Assembly: GCA_002897855.1 (NCBI GenBank)
Contig: BDTO01000057.1
Coordinates: 39,220 to 103,219 of the forward strand
Origin: a bacterium BMS3Bbin05
GTDB lineage: Bacteria > Nitrospirota > Thermodesulfovibrionia > Thermodesulfovibrionales > BMS3Bbin05
Length of the DNA stretch: 64,000 bases
Direction: 5' to 3'
Of this stretch, positions 47,919 through 56,934 are shown piece after piece; positions within the stretch are counted from its first letter, which is position 1, and each line of letters opens with the position of its first letter. Below the pieces are notes generated by a model. It ran no database searches. It saw only the letters and a program-made list of their open reading frames with translations, and was not told the origin of the DNA. The translations under genes and the position numbers were made by a program.

Positions 47919-48812
47919 TCAACTGAAGAACTGCACTATATATTTCACTGAAACTATCAGGATAACCGTTGCGAGAATAACCTTGATTATCTTCTCGGAG
48001 ACATATTTCTGAGTCTTTGCTCCAAGATACATGCCCAGAAGACCGCCCAGCCCGAATAAAAAACCGAGAAGCCAGTCCGGAGGTGCTGTTTTACCGCCTA
48101 TGTCAACCAGGCTGTAAATGGATATTCCGGCAAATGAAGTTATGAATGTCCCCATCAGTGCGGCGCCTGCTACCGTATATACGGGGAGCCCGAAAACAGA
48201 TACACAGAACGGAGCGATTATCGCGCCTCCGCCTATACCGTAAATCCCCCCGATTACACCTACAACCAAAGCAAGACAAAACATCGGAAGCAAGCCGAAT
48301 GACACCCTCTCCCCGTTGAAATTATATTCAATCCTTCTCAAACTGTATTTTATATTGGAAATATCAAATTCCCTTTCGATGTTTCCCTTAAGTGATTTCT
48401 TTCTTCTCCCCAAACCCCTGAACAGCCTGAAACCTGTAAACAACAGCACCAGGCCTACAAAAAACTTAAAAACTCCCGGGTCGGGCAGGTATCTGACTCT
48501 TATGTAATAACCGCCGAGTACACCCGGCAATGTACCTGATACAATTACCCAGGTCAGGGGCCAGCACATCCTGCGCTCATGGATATAACGATACACCCCC
48601 CCGGGAATCCCGACTATGTTATACAGGAAATTGGTGGAACTTACCGACGGCGTTGTAAAACCGAGGACACTCATCTGAAAAGGCAGAATAAGAAATGCTC
48701 CCGACACTCCTCCCATAGATGTAAAAAAAGATATTACAAAGGCAACAAGCGGCGGGATAAATATGTAGGTCTCAACCCCGGACACAGGGAATAAAACTCT
48801 TAGAAAATCCAT
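47919..48812 (-). CDS. TauE/SafE (DUF81) family anion exporter
   Basis: A polytopic protein with the Gly-rich helices typical of the family (GIGGGAIIAPF). Confidence 0.8.
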   Translation of the reverse strand: MDFLRVLFPVSGVETYIFIPPLVAFVISFFTSMGGVSGAFLILPFQMSVLGFTTPSVSSTNFLYNIVGIPGGVYRYIHERRMCWPLTWVIVSGTLPGVLGGYYIRVRYLPDPGVFKFFVGLVLLFTGFRLFRGLGRRKKSLKGNIEREFDISNIKYSLRRIEYNFNGERVSFGLLPMFCLALVVGVIGGIYGIGGGAIIAPFCVSVFGLPVYTVAGAALMGTFITSFAGISIYSLVDIGGKTAPPDWLLGFLFGLGGLLGMYLGAKTQKYVSEKIIKVILATVILIVSVKYIVQFFS

Positions 48813-48845
48813 ATACCCTCCTGCGTTCTGTAAGTCACCGGGTTA

Positions 48846-49514
48846 CTACTGCAACTTTTCTATATCACTGTTGGTGCCAAGTACAACCAGGAAATCGCTC
48901 TTCTTGATAACATCCGAAGGATTCGGATTAATATTCCATGACTCTTTCTCCGTCTCGTCCACTTTATACGGTGTCTTTATGGCTATGATGTTTATCCCAT
49001 AGTTACTACGGAGATTTGAATCCTTGATCGTCTTCTCCCAAAGAAAGGGGGGAGCCGGAAGCTCAACAATACTGTAATCACGGGAAAGGCCTATATGTTC
49101 CAGGAATTCCGGTTTTATCAGACTCTGGGCAACCCTCATGGCCATATCCCTTTCCGGATGAACCACCCTGTTAACACCTATCTTTTTAAGAACCCTGCCG
49201 TGCATCATATTAACAGCCTTCGCAATAATGTCCTTTAAACCTATATCAATGAGACTCATCACAACAAGAATACTTGCCTCCACATCAGCGCCAATGCTTA
49301 CCACGGTCGTATCGACATTCTGTACACCCGCCTCTCTCAATGCCTGTTCATCCATTGCATCCATCTGGATAGCAATGGCTACATGATCGGCAACCGCTTT
49401 TACCTTTGCCTCATCCCTGTCTATAGCAATAACATCGCAGTTATTTTCAGCAAGGGTCTGAGCGACCGCCAAACCAAATCTGCCGAGACCTATCACCGCA
49501 AATTGTTTCTTCAT
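48846..49514 (-). CDS. trkA: Potassium uptake system NAD-binding subunit (TrkA/KtrA, RCK N plus C)
   Basis: FAVIGLGRFGLAVAQTL Rossmann motif and a TrkA-C tail. Confidence 0.9.
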   Translation of the reverse strand: MKKQFAVIGLGRFGLAVAQTLAENNCDVIAIDRDEAKVKAVADHVAIAIQMDAMDEQALREAGVQNVDTTVVSIGADVEASILVVMSLIDIGLKDIIAKAVNMMHGRVLKKIGVNRVVHPERDMAMRVAQSLIKPEFLEHIGLSRDYSIVELPAPPFLWEKTIKDSNLRSNYGINIIAIKTPYKVDETEKESWNINPNPSDVIKKSDFLVVLGTNSDIEKLQ

Positions 49515-50860
49515 CCTATCATTATCCTCCCTTCAGGATACCTGATCCGTTCCCCTCTCTGCTTAAGAAGCGCCATAAACAGAGTAAGAGGACCAAGCCT
49601 TCCGGCCAGCATTGTAAATGTTATTATAACCTTTGACAGACCGGAAAAGGCAGCACAGAGACTCCCGGCAGCACCGTCCCCTGTTGACAGACCGACTGTC
49701 CCAAATGCTGAGACAACCTCAAACATCGTCTTCTGAAACGGCGTGTGTTCAATATCAACTATAACAAGGGTGATGAGATTCACAAAAATCACTGCGAGGG
49801 CAAGTATCACCAGTGACCTTGAAATCAGGTATTCCGGGATCCTCCTTTTGAAAACGACAGTATCCTTTCTGCCCCGTATTGTACACCATAAATGCATCAT
49901 AACTACACTGATGGTGGTGGTCTTTATACCTCCACCCGTACTCCCGGGCGATGCCCCGATAAGCATCAATATAATCGTAAAAAAGAGGGTGGCAGGCTGC
50001 AATACAGAATAATCAATGGTATTAAATCCTGCAGTTCTTGCCGTAACGGAAGCGAATAATGATGACAGGATAATTTCATGGGTACTTATACCTGAATTCT
50101 TGAAAAAGTATTCTCTTTCAATGAAATAAAAAATAAATGCCCCGGCCACTATCAAAATAACCGTGGAAATGACAACTAACAGCGTGTGGGTCATCAACCT
50201 TTCCCGCCGCCGCCTGAACCATCCATAAAGATCATCAACTACTACAAACCCGATACCCCCGAGGATTATCAGGGCCATCACAACGACATTTACCGTCATG
50301 TCTCCCCTGAAACGTATCAGGCTGTCGGGGAACAGGCTGAAACCGGCATTATTGAATGCGGAAACAGCATGAAAAACTCCGTTGAATATCGCATCACCAA
50401 ATGGATAATCATTCATAAACCTCACTGTCAAAAACAGAGCGCCAAGACCTTCTGATATAAACACGAAGATGATCATCCCCTTCATGAATTTCACTATCCC
50501 CTCAAATGTTCCGATATTCAGAGATTCCTTAATAAGCAGGCGTTCGGATATACCTATCTTCCTGCCGGCCAGCAAGGCCAGCAATGTAGCAAAAGACATA
50601 TATCCAAGCCCCCCTATCTGGATCAGGACAAGGATGACCAATTTACCGAATAACGTAAAATCCGCCGATGTATTCTTTACAATAAGCCCTGTAACACAGA
50701 CAGAAGATGTTGAAGTAAACAACGCATCGACAAGACTGATCCCTTTCACAGTCGAATACGGCAGCATGAGAAACGCTGTTCCGAGAAGTATTATCCCGAC
50801 AAAGCCGAAGACAAGAAAATGGGCCGGTGATGACCTCCCCGATGTATTATTATTTTTCAT
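49511..50860 (-). CDS. trkH: Potassium transporter TrkH/KtrB family membrane subunit
   Basis: Four MPM repeats with selectivity-filter-like CVTG, IGGLG, RTAGF and STGG. It overlaps trkA by 4 nt. Confidence 0.9.
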   Translation of the reverse strand: MKNNNTSGRSSPAHFLVFGFVGIILLGTAFLMLPYSTVKGISLVDALFTSTSSVCVTGLIVKNTSADFTLFGKLVILVLIQIGGLGYMSFATLLALLAGRKIGISERLLIKESLNIGTFEGIVKFMKGMIIFVFISEGLGALFLTVRFMNDYPFGDAIFNGVFHAVSAFNNAGFSLFPDSLIRFRGDMTVNVVVMALIILGGIGFVVVDDLYGWFRRRRERLMTHTLLVVISTVILIVAGAFIFYFIEREYFFKNSGISTHEIILSSLFASVTARTAGFNTIDYSVLQPATLFFTIILMLIGASPGSTGGGIKTTTISVVMMHLWCTIRGRKDTVVFKRRIPEYLISRSLVILALAVIFVNLITLVIVDIEHTPFQKTMFEVVSAFGTVGLSTGDGAAGSLCAAFSGLSKVIITFTMLAGRLGPLTLFMALLKQRGERIRYPEGRIMIG

Positions 50861-50866
50861 TTGGCC

Positions 50867-50895
50867 ATTATATACTAAAGATCGGATATTGTAAA
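50867..50895 (-). promoter_or_regulatory. Candidate sigma-70 promoter TTTACA-N17-TATAAT for trkH
   Basis: Read on the minus strand. The -10 hexamer ends 6 nt before the trkH ATG, and no SD is present. Confidence 0.45.
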
Positions 50896-50981
50896 ACCAA
50901 TCAACAACAAGAACAGAGAGAGATGTTATTTTAAGGACCGGAAGACTTAACGGAATACGTTGTATTGTTGCATAATAAAAC

Positions 50982-51004
50982 TATAGTTGCAATTTGCAAC
51001 TATA
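50982..51004. promoter_or_regulatory. 23-bp perfect palindrome TATAGTTGCAA-T-TTGCAACTATA (core GTTGC-N5-GCAAC)
   Basis: It lies in the divergent trkH / histidine-kinase intergenic region, 20 nt before the kinase GTG. A half-site GTTGC also occurs at 50967. Confidence 0.45.
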
Positions 51005-51024
51005 AGCATTATAATTGAAACATA

Positions 51025-52497
51025 GTGTTAAGGTCAGATACAAGCATAAGGAAGAAGATCGTACTTGCATTTATACTGAACTTTGTTTTCATAGGTTTGA
51101 TTGCCGTTATTACGATTTTCAACCTGGTGAGGATTGAGAGAAGACTCGACTTTAATGCCGTTATATCCAGATTTCTGGATGCGACACTGGAATTAAGGAG
51201 GTTTGAAAAGAACTTTTTTTTATATAGAAACAAGGTGGATTTCACTGAAGCCGTTTTATATATCTCAACCATTGAAACCATAATACGAAAGCACAGAAAT
51301 GATTTTGACGGATCATCCCGCATTAAAGACTGGACCGTAAACATATTCAAAAAAAACAGGATACCGACCGGCAGTTCCGAATCCGTTTCCAACCATATTC
51401 TGAGATTAGCACATGAATACAGAAAGTTGATAAACAAAGCCTTTACTGCGCAGTCCGATTTTAAGCGGCTTGAGGAAGAAATACGCAGGAAAGGGAGGGA
51501 ACTGACGGAGACAGCAGAGAAACATGCTCAAACCGAACGTGCCGGTATCCAGGAAATGTTTTCAGCTACCAGGAAAAACCTGGTGATTTTAGTAGTCTTT
51601 TTCATCATCGGTATCTCATTGATCGGCAAGCTTATTTCAAGCGTTGCCATACGTCCCCTGAAAGAGCTTGAGATGAGCATGAGAAGGATTTCATCAGGAA
51701 ATTTTGAAATGCTGTCGCTGCAATCAAAGAATGATGAGATTGTATCCATTAACCGGGCATTTAACAAAATGATGAAAGAGCTGTTTGCACAGAAGGATAT
51801 AATACGCTCGGAAAAGCTGACATCACTGGGGACGATGCTTGCCGGCATAGCCCATGAAATTAATAATCCATTGTCAAACATATCCACGTCTGCAGAAATC
51901 CTGTTCGAGGAGTTCGACAACCTTGACCCTGAATACAGGAAAGAGCTGATCGATCAGGTTGTCAGGGAAACGGACAGGGCAAAAGACATAGTACGTTCGG
52001 TGCTTGAGTATACGAGAGACAGGGAATTCAGGAAAAGTGAGGTAAAACTGCTAAATCTCGTTTCAGAGACAATGCGTTTTGTCAGAAGTGATATGCCTCC
52101 GCATATTACTTTAACTGTAGACATACCCGAAGGATTAATAGTTAATGTAGATAAACAGAAAATACAGCATGCCCTTCTCAATCTGATAAAGAATTCAATA
52201 GATGCAATACCTGATAAGAACAGGGAGGAAAAGATCACGATAAAGGCAGAAGAGCATAACAACCGGGAGGTTAAGATAATGATTACGGATACCGGTGTTG
52301 GAATACCCGAAGCCACAATTGAACGAATATTCGATCCCTTCTTTACAACAAAGGATATCGGCAAGGGAACAGGGCTCGGACTTTTTGTCAGCCATTATAT
52401 CATTGAGCAACACAACGGTACTATCTCGGTCAGCAGCAGGCCCGGTAAAGGGACGACTTTCACAATAATCCTGCCTGCAAAAGGGAGAGAGCAATGA
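51025..52497 (+). CDS. Sensor histidine kinase (2 TM, HAMP, HisKA, HATPase)
   Basis: The HAMP domain is IRPLKELEMSMRRISSGNFE. The H-box is AHEINNPL and the G-boxes are DTGVGI and GTGLGL. The gene uses a GTG start. Confidence 0.9.
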   Translation: MLRSDTSIRKKIVLAFILNFVFIGLIAVITIFNLVRIERRLDFNAVISRFLDATLELRRFEKNFFLYRNKVDFTEAVLYISTIETIIRKHRNDFDGSSRIKDWTVNIFKKNRIPTGSSESVSNHILRLAHEYRKLINKAFTAQSDFKRLEEEIRRKGRELTETAEKHAQTERAGIQEMFSATRKNLVILVVFFIIGISLIGKLISSVAIRPLKELEMSMRRISSGNFEMLSLQSKNDEIVSINRAFNKMMKELFAQKDIIRSEKLTSLGTMLAGIAHEINNPLSNISTSAEILFEEFDNLDPEYRKELIDQVVRETDRAKDIVRSVLEYTRDREFRKSEVKLLNLVSETMRFVRSDMPPHITLTVDIPEGLIVNVDKQKIQHALLNLIKNSIDAIPDKNREEKITIKAEEHNNREVKIMITDTGVGIPEATIERIFDPFFTTKDIGKGTGLGLFVSHYIIEQHNGTISVSSRPGKGTTFTIILPAKGREQ

Positions 52498-53855
52498 ATA
52501 ACAATGTCCGTATTCTTGTGGTTGACGATGAAAAGATCGCACTGAAAAATCTCGAACACGTCCTGAAAAAAGAGGGTTATCAGGTAAAAACCACCTCAAG
52601 CGGCCAGAATGCCCTGAAATACCTGAGCAGGGAGGATTTCGATATAGTGCTTACGGACCTCAAAATGGAAAGGGTTGATGGCATGCAGGTACTGAAAAGG
52701 GCCAGAGAGCTTAGACCTGAAACAGAAGTTATCATGATTACGGGTTATGCCACAGTGGAAACCGCAATTGAGACAATGAAATATGGCGCATATCACTATC
52801 TGACAAAACCATTCAAGCTGGACGAGGTCCGCAAGGTAATAAAAGAGGCATCGGAAAAGGTACTGCTCAAGCGGGAAAACATTCGCCTTAAAGAGAGCCT
52901 TGAAAGTATCTCAGGACAGATTAAGATAATCACACAGGATCCCCAGATGCTCAGAGTGCTTGATATGGCAAGAGAGATATCCCCGACAGACTGTAATGTA
53001 TTAATCACAGGAGAGAGCGGAACCGGCAAGGAGGTGCTGGCACGCTATATTCACGCTTACAGTAATCGCAGCGGACACCCGTTTATAGCCATAAACTGCG
53101 GTGCCTTTACCGAAGAACTTCTCGCCAATGAACTCTTCGGTCACGAGAAAGGCGCCTTTACGGGTGCAACGGTTCTTAAGAACGGTATGATTGAAATGGC
53201 TTCAGGCGGGACATTGTTTCTCGATGAAATAACCGAAATGAGTACATCAATGCAGGTCAAGCTCCTCAGGGTAATCCAGGAAAGAGAATTTTACAGGATA
53301 GGCGCTACAAAACACCTAAAGGCCGATGTCCGCTTCATTGCAGCGACGAACCGTGATATCCGGGATGTTATAGAAAGCGGTGAACTCAGGCAGGATATTT
53401 ACTACAGACTGAATGTTGTGACCCTGCACCTCCCCCACCTGTCTGAAAGAAAAGGGGATATCCCTCTTTTATGTTTTCACTTTCTGAAGAAATACTCTTT
53501 AATCATGGAAAAGGACGTAAGGGATATATCCGAGGATGTAATCAACCTGCTTTTGGAGTATAGTTTCCCCGGAAATGTGCGCGAGCTGGAGAACATAATC
53601 GAGAGAGGGGTCGCACTATGCAAAGGTAACACCATCGAGGCCGCGAATTTGCCCGACGACATTAGAGGATTAACCATAAAAACATTCAGGAGACGAGGCG
53701 GGAAGATGCCATCTCTTGAAGATCAGGAAAAGTTATATATACTCTGGGTACTTAACGAGGTCGGCATGAATAAATCCGAAGCTGCGCGCATCCTTGGCAT
53801 CGACAGGGTCTCATTATGGCGAAAACTTAAAAGATATGGTATAGAAGATAAATAG
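52494..53855 (+). CDS. Sigma-54-dependent Fis-family response regulator (NtrC/AtoC-like)
   Basis: DIVLTDLKM, GESGTGKE, the canonical GAFTGA, and the C-terminal HTH AARILGIDRVSLWRKL. It overlaps the kinase gene by 4 nt. Confidence 0.92.
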   Translation: MNNNVRILVVDDEKIALKNLEHVLKKEGYQVKTTSSGQNALKYLSREDFDIVLTDLKMERVDGMQVLKRARELRPETEVIMITGYATVETAIETMKYGAYHYLTKPFKLDEVRKVIKEASEKVLLKRENIRLKESLESISGQIKIITQDPQMLRVLDMAREISPTDCNVLITGESGTGKEVLARYIHAYSNRSGHPFIAINCGAFTEELLANELFGHEKGAFTGATVLKNGMIEMASGGTLFLDEITEMSTSMQVKLLRVIQEREFYRIGATKHLKADVRFIAATNRDIRDVIESGELRQDIYYRLNVVTLHLPHLSERKGDIPLLCFHFLKKYSLIMEKDVRDISEDVINLLLEYSFPGNVRELENIIERGVALCKGNTIEAANLPDDIRGLTIKTFRRRGGKMPSLEDQEKLYILWVLNEVGMNKSEAARILGIDRVSLWRKLKRYGIEDK

Positions 53856-53857
53856 TC

Positions 53858-53872
53858 GTTGCATAAAGCAAC
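53858..53872. promoter_or_regulatory. Candidate enhancer (UAS) palindrome GTTGC-ATAAA-GCAAC
   Basis: It has the same GTTGC-N5-GCAAC core as 50986-51000. Its centre lies about 74 bp upstream of the -24 GG of the sigma-54 promoter. Confidence 0.4.
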
Positions 53873-53937
53873 ATCCATAACTCCCTCAAAACCAACCCGA
53901 TAACAGATTTTCCTTCAATAACAGGAGGTTATAAAGC

Positions 53938-53953
53938 TGGCATTATACTTGCT
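53938..53953 (+). promoter_or_regulatory. Sigma-54 promoter TGGCAT-N5-TTGCT
   Basis: GG and GC have the canonical 10-nt separation. The site lies about 85 nt upstream of the 54037 ATG and immediately downstream of a sigma-54 activator gene. Confidence 0.65.
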
Positions 53954-54036
53954 TTATTACCTGCAGACAACAAACACAGCATCAATGTATGATGCATAAC
54001 ATTCAATCGAAATACAAATGACCAGGGAGGTCAACC

Positions 54037-54681
54037 ATGAAAAAATTTTTAAGGGATTTCGAGGATTCCATGGCGGCGGCAGCTTTCGCTCAGGCTGGGG
54101 ATATAGAAACAGCCCGCGAAATAATGAGCGAACTTGAAGAAATAAAAAAGGAGATAGAGGCATTAGAAGTAAAAGATGAACGTGTGGAGTCATTACTGGA
54201 AAAGCATGACCGGACGGAAGAGGCCATAGTCTTTGCTGAGGCGGGCGAGTCCGACTATGCCCGGGAAATCATCAGGAAAGGAGAACAGGAACGAAAAAAG
54301 ATTCTTGTTGTCGGAGGCGAAGAAGGCTTCTCTGATATGCTGCTTAACTACGCTATGGGGATGGCCGAAAGAATGAATTATGATATAGTTACGATCAATG
54401 CGATACCCGTCGGGAAACGTCTCTTTTCCTTCCTTAATGATAATATCAGGGAAGAACTGAAAAGCAGGGCCGAAGAGAAGGTTGAGATATTCAGAAAGGA
54501 AGCAGAGAAACGAAATATTATATTCAGCCACACTGTTAAATTTGGTGATCCCGACAAGTCAATAAAGGAAGCACATAAAGAATTCAAGAGAATATCTTTT
54601 ATCCTGACGGAACCGGAACATGTTACCGGTAACGCATCTTCCAGGGCCAGCATCCCCGTATTCTGCCTTGCCGATGTGTAA
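54037..54681 (+). CDS. Hypothetical protein: duplicated FA(Q/E)AG-x4-AREI motif followed by a USP-like alpha/beta domain
   Basis: The RBS is AGGGAGG. The N-terminal motifs are AAFAQAGDIETAREIM and IVFAEAGESDYAREII. The C-terminal KKILVVGGEEGFSDMLLNYAMGMAERM resembles an adenine-nucleotide alpha-hydrolase fold. Confidence 0.55.
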   Translation: MKKFLRDFEDSMAAAAFAQAGDIETAREIMSELEEIKKEIEALEVKDERVESLLEKHDRTEEAIVFAEAGESDYAREIIRKGEQERKKILVVGGEEGFSDMLLNYAMGMAERMNYDIVTINAIPVGKRLFSFLNDNIREELKSRAEEKVEIFRKEAEKRNIIFSHTVKFGDPDKSIKEAHKEFKRISFILTEPEHVTGNASSRASIPVFCLADV

Positions 54682-54901
54682 TTTTCCAACAAGTCAGTAA
54701 AAATACAAACTTTGTTATGAGGGACAATGTCCCTCATAACCTTGTATGGGCATCACAAAGCAGTGGAATAATCAGGGTATTGATCTTCCCTGTGACAAGA
54801 CCACAGGGAATACGCTCACTATCCATTGCAGTTCATAGCTGCATGTTATAAAATTGAATGAAGCAGGAATAATTTATATTTGAAAAGGGGGAAAAGATTT
54901 A

Positions 54902-56707
54902 ATGCTCACGGCAGACATGATCATCGTAATGGCAGTTATAGTTGCCGCTGTTTTTCTCTTCATCGTTGAATGGGTACGTGTGGATGTAGTAGCGATCATT
55001 GTTATGGTGGCCCTTCCACTTCTCGGTCTCATAAGCGGCGAGGAGGCATTTATGGGCCTGAGCAGCAATGCCGTTGTATCCATTATAGCGGTAATCATAA
55101 TAGGCGCCGGACTTGACAGAACCGGCATCATGAATAAAGTTGCAAAGCCCATAACCAGGTTCGCCGGCAACAGTGAGTCACGTGTTATCACTCTTATTTC
55201 TGCAACGGTTGCAGTTATTTCATCTTTTATGCAGAACATCGGCGCTGTGGCGCTTTTTCTGCCGGCAACACAGAGGGTATGCAAGAAGATGGAAATTTCT
55301 CCATCAAGAGTCCTTATCCCTATGGGATTTCTCGGCATTATCGGCGGATGCCTGAGCCTTGTCGGATCCAGTCCTTTAATCCTGCTCAATGATCTTATGG
55401 TGCCAAAAGGGCTGAAACCCTTTGGGCTTTTTGATGTTACACCGATCGGCATTGCACTGGTAATAGCTGGACTGGCGTATTTTGTCTTCTTCGGGCGTTT
55501 TATCCTTCCGGACAGGAAAACGGCATCGGAAGGCAATCAGACAGTGGATTTCAGCAAGATATACTATTCTGCCAACGGTACTTATGAAATTCATGTTCCT
55601 TCAAGCTGCAGATGCAATCAAACCTTCGAGGAAATGGCTATACGCCCCAATTATCTGATATCGGTAGTAGCCGTTGCAAAACATTCTGAAGAGAAGAAAA
55701 TATTCGCCCCGACAAGGAGCATGAAACTCGACCCCGATGACGACCTCGCAGTAATCGGCGCCAGAGAAAACGTAGAGAGTTTCGTCAATGATTTCGGTTT
55801 CACTCTAAAAGACAGGATGGCGGTCTTCGAGGATGATCTGTCCTCCAATAACTCGGGCATGGTAGAGGTGATAGTCCCTCCACGCTCCGAACTTGAAGGT
55901 AAAACACTGAGAGACGTTCATTTCAGGGAAAAATTCCAGGTTAATCCCATAGCGTTAAGAAGGGGAGACAAGATTTATTATGGTGGACTTTCGGATATAG
56001 ACCTGCGTCCGGGAGATGTCCTTCTGCTTCAGGGCCTGTGGGATAAGTTTGCGATACTGAAGGATTCCCACGTGCTTTCTTTCATAACACAGTTTGAAGC
56101 GGAAACAATGAAAACCCACAAGGCAAAGGCAGCCCTCATTTGTTTTGCAATAGCCATCATCATGGTGCTCTCAGGCCAGATCAAGCTGTCGGTTGCATTA
56201 ATGGCAGGAGCGCTTGGGATGATACTTACGGGTGTATTGACCATTGATGAGGCATATCACGCCGTGGACTGGAGAACGGTTTTTCTGCTGGCGGGCCTTA
56301 TACCATTGGGTGTGGCTACCGAGAAAACAGGAACCGCAGCATATATCGCCCAGCAGGTACTCAATATCATCGGGGATGTCACTCCGATAATGCTCCTGAC
56401 GGTCATAGGTATTCTGACATCAATATTTACACTGGTCGTATCAAATGTAGGTGCAGCGGTTCTGTTAGTTCCTCTGGCTATCAACATGGCGATCGGTGTA
56501 GGCGCTGACCCGAGAATGGCCGCCCTGACAGTAGCGGTTGCAGCATCGAATACCTTTGTTCTTCCGACCCATCAGGTCAACGCATATATAATGGGCCCGG
56601 GCGGCTACAGGACATTGGATTACATAAAGGCAGGCTCCATAATGACGGTTCTGTATCTGATTGTTATGATAGCGGCAATGTATGTATTTTACGGCATTTC
56701 GGGCTGA
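54902..56707 (+). CDS. SLC13/DASS-family permease with two central TrkA-C (RCK C) domains
   Basis: The transmembrane halves flank two TrkA-C-like segments, ...DDLAVIGARENVESF and ...GDVLLLQGLWDKF. Confidence 0.9.
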   Translation: MLTADMIIVMAVIVAAVFLFIVEWVRVDVVAIIVMVALPLLGLISGEEAFMGLSSNAVVSIIAVIIIGAGLDRTGIMNKVAKPITRFAGNSESRVITLISATVAVISSFMQNIGAVALFLPATQRVCKKMEISPSRVLIPMGFLGIIGGCLSLVGSSPLILLNDLMVPKGLKPFGLFDVTPIGIALVIAGLAYFVFFGRFILPDRKTASEGNQTVDFSKIYYSANGTYEIHVPSSCRCNQTFEEMAIRPNYLISVVAVAKHSEEKKIFAPTRSMKLDPDDDLAVIGARENVESFVNDFGFTLKDRMAVFEDDLSSNNSGMVEVIVPPRSELEGKTLRDVHFREKFQVNPIALRRGDKIYYGGLSDIDLRPGDVLLLQGLWDKFAILKDSHVLSFITQFEAETMKTHKAKAALICFAIAIIMVLSGQIKLSVALMAGALGMILTGVLTIDEAYHAVDWRTVFLLAGLIPLGVATEKTGTAAYIAQQVLNIIGDVTPIMLLTVIGILTSIFTLVVSNVGAAVLLVPLAINMAIGVGADPRMAALTVAVAASNTFVLPTHQVNAYIMGPGGYRTLDYIKAGSIMTVLYLIVMIAAMYVFYGISG

Positions 56708-56726
56708 ACAGCTTTATCCGGACAAA

Positions 56727-56753
56727 AGGAGGCGGCCGGAAGCCTCCTCCTTT
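56727..56753. terminator. Hairpin AGGAGGC-N8-GCCTCCT followed by CCTTT, between convergent genes
   Basis: A 7-bp GC-rich stem 20 nt after the SLC13 stop. The T-tract is short. Confidence 0.35.
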
Positions 56754-56774
56754 AAGTAATATTTATATCATATT

Positions 56775-56931
56775 TGATGGACTCGTAAAAAGTCCGAAAA
56801 TGAGATGGCTAAGCAAAAATCGTCAGATACAAGGCGCACAAATTTCGACGAATGAGGCGTACTTGGGTACGCCGCAGTGAGGAGATAATTTAATGCAACG
56901 CAGTAGCTGGCGACTTTTTGCGACGCCATCA
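56775..56931. repeat. Palindromic-end repeat element (TGATGGACTCGTAAAAAGTC ... GACTTTTTGCGACGCCATCA)
   Basis: About 20-nt imperfect terminal inverted repeats. The element ends 3 nt from the stop codon of the tandem-USP gene. Confidence 0.55.
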
Positions 56932-56934
56932 TAT

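Noticed and set aside
50861-51024. c-di-AMP (ydaO-type) or other riboswitch leader upstream of the trkH/trkA potassium uptake genes
   Set aside because: The promoter-like signal leaves essentially no 5' UTR, and I could not recognise any conserved riboswitch core in the 164-bp intergenic region.
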